Source: Actinomycetes bacterium
GTDB taxonomy: Bacteria > Actinomycetota > Actinomycetes > Nanopelagicales > Nanopelagicaceae
Assembly: GCA_037138535.1 (NCBI GenBank)
Contig: JBAXIG010000001.1
Span: 1 to 55,069 of the forward strand
Direction of reading: 5' to 3'
DNA: 55,069 nt
Part shown: in pieces, positions 1 through 7,944 of the stretch
Layout: each line of letters starts with the position of its first letter
Position numbering within the stretch: position 1 is the first letter of the stretch
The notes under the pieces: model-generated
What the model was told of the DNA's origin: nothing
Database searches by the model: none
Seen by the model: only the letters and a program-made list of their open reading frames with translations
Made by a program: the position numbers and the translations under genes

Positions 1-342
1 CATCACTTTGCCGTCGGCAGTCACGACCGAAACGCCATGGACATCAAGTTCACCGAGTTCACCTGATAAAGCAGGCGTGGGGGTACCCCGCATACTCCAC
101 ATGACAGTGACTCGGTCACCTGCTTCAATCATCTCGATGATTTCGCGGCGGTAATCGGGGTAACAGGAGTAAAGCTCATTCATGGCAATCGCGTCGGCCT
201 CAGCAGAAGCTACCTCTGCTACACCATTGATCTCCACATAGAGATCATGCGCGATGTAGCGGCCGGTGCCCTCAGAATCTTTGCGATTCTCGGCCTCGTT
301 GTAGCGTCGGTAAATCTCCCCAGCAGTGAGATGTTCCGACAT
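1..342 (-). CDS. SnoaL-like / NTF2-fold (ester-cyclase-like) protein, partial (C-terminus runs off the left edge)
   Basis: Absent from the ORF track because no stop lies in the window. Manual reverse translation from ATG 342-340 gives 114 stop-free codons: MSEHLTAGEIYRRYNEAENRKD...YSCYPDYRREIIEMIEAGDRVTVMWSMRGTPTPALSGELGELDVHGVSVVTADGKVM, which resembles SnoaL-like proteins. GGGGAGAAG lies directly upstream of the ATG. Confidence 0.6.
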   Translation of the reverse strand, partial: MSEHLTAGEIYRRYNEAENRKDSEGTGRYIAHDLYVEINGVAEVASAEADAIAMNELYSCYPDYRREIIEMIEAGDRVTVMWSMRGTPTPALSGELGELDVHGVSVVTADGKVM

Positions 343-365
343 CTTCTCCCCTGACTCACCCGATG

Positions 366-385
366 TTGATGGGTATTGATGGGTA
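366..385. repeat. Perfect 10-bp tandem duplication (TTGATGGGTA x2) in the 43-nt spacer between the hydantoinase-like and SnoaL-like genes
   Basis: Read directly: ttgatgggta ttgatgggta, followed by tta (the stop of the upstream minus-strand gene). Confidence 0.9.
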
Positions 386-1942
386 TTAACGTGTGGCGAG
401 CGGACCGGCAGCTTTCACTTGCACGCGACATCCTTGACCTGGCAAGTAGCTCATCGGAACTTCCACGACAGAAGTGATACGAACTTGATCCGCATCCGCA
501 CCGGCGCGAATTGCCGCCTCTGTTGCCAAACGCTTCGCGTCATCAAGACACGCATCACGGCCTTCTGCCTCATAGCGATATACGCGATCAACAGCTCCCG
601 AAGCCTCCGCAATAGCAGCGCCAAAAGCATTTGCTACCGAGTGATGGGCAGGGCGGATCACACCGGCCACGCCTGGGATGTCGTCAGGTACCAAGTGCGA
701 ACCTCCTCCTACTGCAATGAGGGGAAGGGAAGTGCGGCTGGCCTTCATACGATCACAGAGAATTTGAATTTGCTCATCAACCCAAGCAAGTGCACCAGTA
801 ACGGAGGCATCCTTGACGTTAGCAACCTTAGAAGCATCGCCGAAACCCGTGAGTCGGCCACCCTTGGTAGAAATATCAGAGAGCGTGAGGGTAGATCCAC
901 CCGTAATGAGCGCTTCGGTCACTACTCGATATCCGACAGAGTCTGGGCCTACACGCACTCCGCCATCTTCTTCACGAACGATGGTGCCGCCGCCGAGACC
1001 AATTGAAATCAAGTCAGGCATGCGGAAGTTAGTGCGCACACCTCCGACTTCTACTGCTGCTGAAGATTCGCGAGGGAAGCCATCAATCAAAATTCCGACG
1101 TCGGCCGAAGTGCCACCTACATCGATGACCAACGCATCAGAGAGTTTGGCAAGTGCACATGCACCACGCATTGAATTAGTAGGACCAGAACCCACAGTAA
1201 GAATGGGCAAACGAATAGCCTCTTCGGCTGTCATCAAAGTGCCATCGTTTTGCGTGAGGTAAGAATCCACTTTGAGACCATGGCTCAACAGGGCGCCCTG
1301 GAAGCCGTCGACAACGCGCTTGGCCACGCCGAAGAGTGAGGCATTCAAGATGGTCGCGTTTTCACGCTCAAGCAGGCCAATCGCGCCTACTTGATGAGAG
1401 AGCGAGACTGCATAATCTTCACCGAGTTCTTCAGCAATAATCGCCCCAGCTCGAAGTTCTTGCTCATAATTTGCCGGAGCAAATGCGCAACTTACGGCGA
1501 TCGCGTTGACTACGCCCTTGCACTTCTGCGCAAAATCACGCACTGCTTGTTCGTCGAGAGGAGAGATCTCGCTGCCGTCGTACTCGTATCCACCCTTAAT
1601 GATCGCCGATGGTCCGATAACGGTGGCGTGTAGATCCTTGGGCCAAGCAGCACCTGGACGAATCGCGAGCGATGAAGGTGCCGCCAGGCGAAGAACGCCA
1701 ACCTGTTGCAGATCCTTACGTTGGATGATGGCGTTAGCCGGATGAGTGGTGCCGAGCATCGCTTGCTTGATGTGGCTCTTGTCGATGCCCTCGATCACAG
1801 CCTTCAAAGCGGCCGCAATACCGTCGGATGGATCAGGTGTGGTAGCGGCCTTCGTGCTCGCAAGCACATTGCCATCTTGATCGACCACAACTGCGTCGGT
1901 GTTAGTTCCACCTACGTCAATACCTATTCGTAGACGACTCAT
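386..1942 (-). CDS. Hydantoinase/oxoprolinase A-type (HyuA-like, ASKHA-fold ATPase) protein
   Basis: 518-aa ORF. N-terminus MSRLRIGIDVGGTNTDAVVVD is the ASKHA phosphate-1 motif. A second motif, LVIDVGGTSADVG, follows later. The start overlaps the upstream DUF917 stop (ATGA). Confidence 0.85.
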   Translation of the reverse strand: MSRLRIGIDVGGTNTDAVVVDQDGNVLASTKAATTPDPSDGIAAALKAVIEGIDKSHIKQAMLGTTHPANAIIQRKDLQQVGVLRLAAPSSLAIRPGAAWPKDLHATVIGPSAIIKGGYEYDGSEISPLDEQAVRDFAQKCKGVVNAIAVSCAFAPANYEQELRAGAIIAEELGEDYAVSLSHQVGAIGLLERENATILNASLFGVAKRVVDGFQGALLSHGLKVDSYLTQNDGTLMTAEEAIRLPILTVGSGPTNSMRGACALAKLSDALVIDVGGTSADVGILIDGFPRESSAAVEVGGVRTNFRMPDLISIGLGGGTIVREEDGGVRVGPDSVGYRVVTEALITGGSTLTLSDISTKGGRLTGFGDASKVANVKDASVTGALAWVDEQIQILCDRMKASRTSLPLIAVGGGSHLVPDDIPGVAGVIRPAHHSVANAFGAAIAEASGAVDRVYRYEAEGRDACLDDAKRLATEAAIRAGADADQVRITSVVEVPMSYLPGQGCRVQVKAAGPLATR

Positions 1943-3015
1943 TTCCTGGCTCCTTCCATCGGCGTATAAGGGACGTCATATCCAAATGCTTTCGGTCCTA
2001 CAAGTTCGAGCATGCCCTCTTGGTGCCACTCAGGTGCGCACGGTAGACCTATCACGTCCACCCGTTGTCCGAATGCGAGAGTTTCAGTTGTGATGGGTTG
2101 CGCGTTCTCATGATCGAGAATGCAAATGAGATCTGGCGTAGTAACTATGCGCTGCCCATCTCCAAAAGCCATCAGGAGCTCGTTCTGAATCTCAATGCGC
2201 ATCGTACGAGTGGGATCAGTGAGATGCTCAATCACCAAGGTGCCTCTAGCGAATCCTTCTGTGGTGCGACGATCGATATCAATCACCTTGCCCGAGAAAT
2301 ACTTGTGCCCGCCAGAAAATTCTAAGAAGGCATCGTAAGCGCCGACTTCACCACGTTGAACGGCTGATAACTTCCGTCCCAAGTCAACGCAGTAGGACAT
2401 CGATCCTTGAATGCCGAATTTTCGCACTTGCGCCACCGTCATCGGGTAGCAAGAGATTCCATTAGCCATGCCCAGTTGCATCACCGAGGCACGAGCCAAT
2501 TTTTCAGCAACTTGGTTCGTGGTCGTTTGAAAGACCACAATATTTCCTTTTTCATCTGCAACGCTCATCGGAGAAGCCGGAATTCCAGCAAGAGTAAAGA
2601 CTGTCATTTCGATCTGCGGGAAAGCTCGACGCATAGAGTCTGCATCAATCACTGGCAGACCCATTTCTGCAGCGACAGCAATTGGAATAAGTGTGTTCAT
2701 ACCACCCACTTCGATCGGCATGATGGCGACCGGCTTCTTGCCTAAAAACGCAGCAAGTGAAGTGACGCAGCCGACGAACTCTGGTCCAGCGGGTACTTTC
2801 TCGGAAATTACCGTAGGGGCGCCAATGACCGCAGTGGTGAGCACTAATCCGTCTGGATCCAACTCATCTGGTGAGGCGATCATGACAGAGCCAAAATCTT
2901 CCATGGCTTGGCGCACCATCAAGCGAGCGATGTAGGGATCTCCGCCGCCACCGGCGCCGAGCAAGGTCGCCCCCAACACCATGTCATCGAGATCCTCAAG
3001 GGTTAATTCGCGCAT
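1939..3015 (-). CDS. DUF917 family protein, paralog 1 of 3
   Basis: 358-aa ORF with LGATLLGAGGGGDPY, PIEVGGMNTL, DSMRRAFPQIEMT and GLPCAPEWHQ blocks shared with the two upstream ORFs. GGAGCGG SD upstream. Confidence 0.85.
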   Translation of the reverse strand: MRELTLEDLDDMVLGATLLGAGGGGDPYIARLMVRQAMEDFGSVMIASPDELDPDGLVLTTAVIGAPTVISEKVPAGPEFVGCVTSLAAFLGKKPVAIMPIEVGGMNTLIPIAVAAEMGLPVIDADSMRRAFPQIEMTVFTLAGIPASPMSVADEKGNIVVFQTTTNQVAEKLARASVMQLGMANGISCYPMTVAQVRKFGIQGSMSYCVDLGRKLSAVQRGEVGAYDAFLEFSGGHKYFSGKVIDIDRRTTEGFARGTLVIEHLTDPTRTMRIEIQNELLMAFGDGQRIVTTPDLICILDHENAQPITTETLAFGQRVDVIGLPCAPEWHQEGMLELVGPKAFGYDVPYTPMEGARK

Positions 3016-3178
3016 TTACCGCTCCTTCGATCCAGTCGATTTCGATGTAGGTGAGCGCCCTGTCGGGGCTCCACAGTCCGACGGTAGGGCTTGGAGGGAG
3101 CGATGCCAATGGGCGCCCCGCCCACCATTTTGGATGGCTGAGGACATTTGGCACAGAGGGTCGCGCTCACGGCGGCCA

Positions 3179-4255
3179 TCAGCCCTGGAACTTGGAGATC
3201 GGCACGTAGGGCACGTCATAGCCGAAGGCAGTGGGGCCGACCAGTTCGAGCATTCCTGGTTGATGCCACTCAGGCGCACAGGGCAAACCGACCACATCGA
3301 CTCGTTGGCCAAAGGCCAGAGTCTCTGTGGTGATGGGCCCGGCATTCTCATGATCAATGATGCAGATTAAGTCGGGGGCCGTGATGATGGGCTTGCCATC
3401 TTCAAAGGCGATCAAAAATTCGTTTTGAATTTCGATACGCATAATTCTGGTGGGATCTTCAAGATGTTCAATCACCACAGTGCCGCGCGCAAATCCTGCA
3501 GTGGTGCGACGATCAAGATCGATGATCTTTCCAGAGAAGACTCGCTTACCTTCTGCAAAATCTAAGAACTTATCGAAGGCGCCACGTTCTCCGCGTTGCA
3601 CCGCCGAAAGTTTACGCCCGAGATCAACGCAGTAAGTCATGGAGCCTTGAATGCCATACTTCGCCACTTCGGCAACAGTCATGGAATATGCAGACATCGC
3701 AGCTGACATTCCCAGCTCCATCACCGTTGCACGAGCAAGCTTTTCGGCCACTTGATTAGAAGTGGTGCTGAAGATTACGACGTTACCCTTAATGTCTGCC
3801 ATCGACATTGGCGTTGCAGTTATTCCGGCCAGAGTAAAAGTAGTCATTTCAATTTGTGGAAATGCGCGACGCATGGAATCCGCATCGATAACCGGCAAAC
3901 CCATCTCTGCAGCAGCTGCCATCGGAATAAGCGTATTGAGGCCACCCACTTCGATCGGCATGATCGCAACTGGTTCTTTTCCCAGATATTTTGCGAGCGC
4001 TCGTGCGGCGCCCACAAACTCGGGGCCCGCCGGTGGCTTTTCGGCGATCACTGTGGGCGCACCGATTCCAGCAACGGTCACCACTAATCCATCGGGATCT
4101 AATTCGCTTGGTTCCACAATCTGAATCGCCCCGTACGTCTCCACTGCTTGATGGACCATCAGCCGCCCAATATATGGATCTCCACCACCACCAGCGCCAA
4201 GCAAAGTGGCACCTAGCGCCATGTCGTCTAGGTCAGCGAGGTTTAATTCACGCAT
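3179..4255 (-). CDS. DUF917 family protein, paralog 2 of 3
   Basis: The ORF track gives 3179-4294. I prefer the internal ATG at 4255 (MRELNLADLDDM...), which aligns with the paralog 1 N-terminus (MRELTLEDLDDM...) and forms an ATGCGTGA overlap with the paralog 3 stop. Confidence 0.85.
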   Translation of the reverse strand: MRELNLADLDDMALGATLLGAGGGGDPYIGRLMVHQAVETYGAIQIVEPSELDPDGLVVTVAGIGAPTVIAEKPPAGPEFVGAARALAKYLGKEPVAIMPIEVGGLNTLIPMAAAAEMGLPVIDADSMRRAFPQIEMTTFTLAGITATPMSMADIKGNVVIFSTTSNQVAEKLARATVMELGMSAAMSAYSMTVAEVAKYGIQGSMTYCVDLGRKLSAVQRGERGAFDKFLDFAEGKRVFSGKIIDLDRRTTAGFARGTVVIEHLEDPTRIMRIEIQNEFLIAFEDGKPIITAPDLICIIDHENAGPITTETLAFGQRVDVVGLPCAPEWHQPGMLELVGPTAFGYDVPYVPISKFQG

Positions 4256-5324
4256 CGCGCCCCTCAATGGAACGGTAATCGGTGTCATACCCAAAAGCGC
4301 GTGGGCCTACTAGTTCGAGCATCCCTGGCTGATGCCACTCAGGCGCACACGGTAAACCGACCACATTAACTCGTTGTCCAAAATTTAAACCTTCGACCGT
4401 GATGGGTTGTGCATTCTCGTGGTCAAGTACACAAATGAGATCTGGCGTCGTCACCACGGCTTCATCACCGTCGTAGGCAATGAGAAACTCGTTCTGGAAA
4501 TCAAGACGCATCTTGCGATCCGGATCCTTAAAGTCTTCGATCAGTAGCGTGCCGCGTGCAAAACCACCCGTGGTGCGTCGATCTAAGTCAATGATTTTCC
4601 CAGAGAAAAAGACTTTGGCTTTCGCGAACTCAAGAAAATCAGCGTAAGCGCCAGCCTTACCATTTTGAATCTGCTGTAGGTGGCGACCTAGCTCTGCGCA
4701 GTAAGTCATGGAACCATTAATGCCATGATCTGCTACTTGCTTTGCTGTCATAGAGTAAGAAGAGAGCCCATCAGCCATTCCAAGTTGCATGACACACGCA
4801 CGTGCTAATTTCTCGGCGATCTGATTAGTTGTTGTTTCGAAAACCACTACGTTGCCTTTTTCATCTGCCAAGCTCATGGGCGATGCAGAAATCCCAGCGA
4901 GGGTAAAGACAGTCATCTCAATTCCCGGAAATGCACGGCGCATTGAATCTCCATCAACCACTGGGATTCCCATTTCGGCGGCCACTGCAAGTGGGAAGAG
5001 CGTGTTCAGACCGCCGACTTCAATAGCCATCACTGCCGCAGGTTTCTTACCGAGATACTTAGCAAGCGACTTCACCGCATCGACGAACTCAGTGCCCGAC
5101 GGGACCTTCTCCGTCATCACGGTGGGCGCCCCAATGACCGCAACTGTGAGGACAAGATCATCCGGATCCAGCTCGCTCGCACTCACAATGTTTACTTCGC
5201 CATACTTGGCCATCGCCTCTTGAACCATGAGCAGAGAAATGTACGGATCTCCGCCGCCGCCAGCCCCCAAAAGAGTGGCTCCCAGAGCCATGTGCTGGAG
5301 ACCTTCTGGGGTGAGGCGATACAT
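4248..5324 (-). CDS. DUF917 family protein, paralog 3 of 3 (first gene of the operon)
   Basis: 358-aa ORF with the same conserved blocks. GAAGGAG SD 5-11 nt upstream of the ATG. Confidence 0.85.
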   Translation of the reverse strand: MYRLTPEGLQHMALGATLLGAGGGGDPYISLLMVQEAMAKYGEVNIVSASELDPDDLVLTVAVIGAPTVMTEKVPSGTEFVDAVKSLAKYLGKKPAAVMAIEVGGLNTLFPLAVAAEMGIPVVDGDSMRRAFPGIEMTVFTLAGISASPMSLADEKGNVVVFETTTNQIAEKLARACVMQLGMADGLSSYSMTAKQVADHGINGSMTYCAELGRHLQQIQNGKAGAYADFLEFAKAKVFFSGKIIDLDRRTTGGFARGTLLIEDFKDPDRKMRLDFQNEFLIAYDGDEAVVTTPDLICVLDHENAQPITVEGLNFGQRVNVVGLPCAPEWHQPGMLELVGPRAFGYDTDYRSIEGRDA

Positions 5325-5387
5325 GAGGGCTCCTTCTGCTGGCGACTTCTCTGCTTGAAGTGATATGAAGTGAGGTGAACTGATGCG

Positions 5388-5416
5388 AACTTAGGGGGCG
5401 GGCAGGCGTCTGCCAA
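5388..5416 (-). promoter_or_regulatory. Candidate sigma-70-type promoter of the DUF917 operon
   Basis: On the minus strand: -35 TTGGCA (5416-5411), 17-nt spacer, -10 TAAGTT (5393-5388). This leaves about 57 nt of leader before the ATG at 5324. It overlaps the inverted repeat TGCCAATGGGCA. Confidence 0.35.
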
Positions 5417-5565
5417 TGGGCAAAGCGCCCAAACTCTTGGGCAAATCTCCCCGGAACGCCCTCCTGGCTCCAGTCGGAGCCTCATTTGCCAGGCACACGC
5501 TCCCCCGAGAGAATTGACTCCATTCGACTTCCGCATTCTTCACGATGTCAGGGAAATGAGCAGGC

Positions 5566-7059
5566 ATGAGCAAGCACGTCACCCATTGGATCAACGGGCA
5601 AGAGTGGAGCGGCAGCGCCGCCCGTCACGGCGATATCTACAATCCAGCCACCGGCCAGGTCACCGGCACTGTCGATTTCGCCACCTCGGCCGTCATGGAT
5701 CAAGCTGTCGCCTCCTCCAAGGCTGCCTTTGCAGAGTGGCGCCACGCATCGCTTGCCCGTCGCAGCCAGGTGCTCTTCGCCTTTCGTGAATTGCTCAACG
5801 CAAAAAAGGAAGACCTAGCCGCCATCATCACTGCCGAACATGGCAAGGTGCTCTCCGATGCATTGGGCGAAGTGACTCGTGGACTTGAAGTGGTGGAATT
5901 TGCTTGCGGAATCCCACACCTTCTCAAAGGTGGATACTCAGAGAGCGTCTCTACTGGCGTTGATGTGTATTCGATCCGCCAACCTCTCGGCATCGTGGGC
6001 ATCATCAGCCCATTTAACTTCCCCGCGATGGTTCCCATGTGGTTCTTCCCGCTCGCTATCGCCAGTGGTAACGCGGTGATTGTAAAACCAAGTGAGAAAG
6101 ATCCATCAGCTACCGACTTCGTGGCCAAACTTTGGAAAGAAGCAGGACTTCCAGACGGCGTATTTAACGTGGTACATGGTGATAAAGAAGCAGTTGATGC
6201 ACTCCTTACTCATCCAGATGTTAAATCAATTTCTTTCGTGGGCTCAACACCTATCGCCAAGTACGTATACGAAACCGGTACGGCACATGGGAAGCGCGTA
6301 CAAGCACTTGGTGGCGCAAAGAACCATATGGTCGTACTCCCCGATGCTGATCTTGATCTCGCAGCTGATGCCGCCATTAATGCTGGCTTTGGCTCAGCGG
6401 GCGAACGATGCATGGCTATTTCTGCACTTGTTGCAGTAGAACCTGTCGCTGACGTTCTTATTGCCAAGATCAAAGAGCGGATGGCCAAACTCACCACCGG
6501 AGATGGCACCAAGGGCGCCGACATGGGTCCGTTGGTTTCCTCAATCCATCGCGACAAAGTTGCTAGCTACGTAGCCGCTGGTGAGAAAGAAGGCGCCACA
6601 CTCGTAGTGGACGGTCGCAACACAAAATTCGAAGGCGATGCTGCCGGATTCTGGCTCGGACCAACGCTCTTTGACAATGTCACTCCCAAGATGAGCATCT
6701 ACACCGATGAAATCTTCGGACCCGTACTCAGTGTTATTCGCGTAAAGACTTATGCAGAAGCGCTCAAAATGGTTAACGACCACCTCTACGGCAATGGCAC
6801 GGCTATCTTCACCAACGATGGTGGCGCCGCTCGTCGTTATCAGAATGAAGTAGAAGTGGGCATGGTCGGAATCAACGTTCCGATTCCAGTACCGATGGCT
6901 TACTACTCATTCGGTGGCTGGAAGGCGAGCCTCTTTGGAGATACACATGCCCACGGCATGGAAGGCGTGCACTTCTTCACTCGTGGAAAAGTTGTTACCT
7001 CACGCTGGCTCGATCCAAGCCACGGTGGAATCAACTTGGGCTTCCCGCAGAACGTTTAA
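5566..7059 (+). CDS. mmsA: CoA-acylating methylmalonate/malonate-semialdehyde dehydrogenase (aldehyde dehydrogenase superfamily)
   Basis: 497-aa ORF. The N-terminus (HWINGQEW...IYNPATGQV), the FNFPAMVPMWFFPLAIASGN block and the ERCMA catalytic-Cys region are typical of MmsA. Confidence 0.88.
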   Translation: MSKHVTHWINGQEWSGSAARHGDIYNPATGQVTGTVDFATSAVMDQAVASSKAAFAEWRHASLARRSQVLFAFRELLNAKKEDLAAIITAEHGKVLSDALGEVTRGLEVVEFACGIPHLLKGGYSESVSTGVDVYSIRQPLGIVGIISPFNFPAMVPMWFFPLAIASGNAVIVKPSEKDPSATDFVAKLWKEAGLPDGVFNVVHGDKEAVDALLTHPDVKSISFVGSTPIAKYVYETGTAHGKRVQALGGAKNHMVVLPDADLDLAADAAINAGFGSAGERCMAISALVAVEPVADVLIAKIKERMAKLTTGDGTKGADMGPLVSSIHRDKVASYVAAGEKEGATLVVDGRNTKFEGDAAGFWLGPTLFDNVTPKMSIYTDEIFGPVLSVIRVKTYAEALKMVNDHLYGNGTAIFTNDGGAARRYQNEVEVGMVGINVPIPVPMAYYSFGGWKASLFGDTHAHGMEGVHFFTRGKVVTSRWLDPSHGGINLGFPQNV

Positions 7060-7151
7060 TCGTTTCGCAAGCTCCACGCACGTGCGATTAATAGTTTCGC
7101 AAGCTCCACGCACGTGCGGTTAATCGTTTCGCAAGCTCCACGCACGAACGC
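7056..7151. repeat. 32-bp tandem repeat, 3 copies (TTAATCGTTTCGCAAGCTCCACGCACGTGCGN)
   Basis: Copies start at 7056, 7088 and 7120. Copy 1 supplies the mmsA stop. Copy 3 encodes the ppgK C-terminus (RAWSLRND*). Copies 1 and 2 contain the perfect palindrome CGCACGTGCG. Confidence 0.92.
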
Positions 7152-7887
7152 CACCGCTCATCCCGGCTTCATTGGGCACGACCACCACGTCGCTCCCCAT
7201 TTTGCGTATCAACTCGGGCGTGATGAGTCGCGAGTTGCCTCCGCCTAAGTAGAGGCGATCCCAGAGAAATACTGGACGCAAATCGTCGATCATGAGACGT
7301 ACGCGACGGGACCAAAATGCATTACCTAAGCGTCGGCGTTCATGTTCGCCAATCCACGTATCGTAATTGGTGCCGCGACGAATAGGTGCGTGTGAAAATT
7401 CGATGTGTGGCGAAAGACGACCACCATCAAAGACCGCACACCCAAGGCCAGTGCCAAGAGTGAGTACCACTTCAAATCCAATACCTGAAATAACCCCTGC
7501 ACCGTGAACTTCAGCATCGTTCAGTACCAACGTAGGAATTCCCAGTGCCGACGTAAGCGCAGCGCGTGCATCAAAACCAGACCACTGCTCACGAAGTGCC
7601 GGATCGATTCGCGTTCTAGGCCCGTTCGCAGTGATGTATTGCGGCGTTGCTACCACGACGCCATGTCGAATCATCCCAGGCATCCCGATTGTGGCACGCG
7701 ATGCTTTTGGCAGGGAATCTGCTAATCCCAACAAAGTTTCGATAAAGAGCGAAGGCGGGAAGGGATAGGGCGTATCAATACGAATTGGCGCAGCGTGCGC
7801 GGTGCCTGCGGAATCGAAAACGGAGGCCTTGATGCCAAGGCCTCCGCAATCAATCGAGAGTGTCAATTGCTCCGTTACAGAATCCAT
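7120..7887 (-). CDS. ppgK: ROK-family sugar kinase, polyphosphate glucokinase-like
   Basis: 255-aa ORF. N-terminal LSIDCGGLGIKAS matches the ROK/ASKHA motif, and the size and layout resemble PpgK. The symbol is tentative. Confidence 0.75.
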   Translation of the reverse strand: MDSVTEQLTLSIDCGGLGIKASVFDSAGTAHAAPIRIDTPYPFPPSLFIETLLGLADSLPKASRATIGMPGMIRHGVVVATPQYITANGPRTRIDPALREQWSGFDARAALTSALGIPTLVLNDAEVHGAGVISGIGFEVVLTLGTGLGCAVFDGGRLSPHIEFSHAPIRRGTNYDTWIGEHERRRLGNAFWSRRVRLMIDDLRPVFLWDRLYLGGGNSRLITPELIRKMGSDVVVVPNEAGMSGGVRAWSLRND

Positions 7888-7944
7888 GGACTCAGCCTAG
7901 AACGCTGGGTCTAGAAAGTCCCGAAGCCCTGAAATCAGGAACGA

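Noticed and set aside
3016-3147. Alternative 43-codon minus-strand ORF (MSSAIQNGGRGAHWHRSLQALPSDCGAPTGRSPTSKSTGSKER*) ending TAA directly before the paralog 1 ATG
   Set aside because: It has no SD-like element upstream of its ATG. Its frame continues from the spurious 113-aa ORF-track entry. I consider it less plausible than the stop-overlapping 58-codon ORF or an RNA-structure explanation. It is kept only as a note.
5192-5594. 114-aa and 67-aa minus-strand ORFs covering the divergent promoter region
   Set aside because: They overlap the paralog 3 5' end and the mmsA start. They have no RBS and an Arg/Pro/Ser-rich composition. The region is better explained as regulatory DNA.
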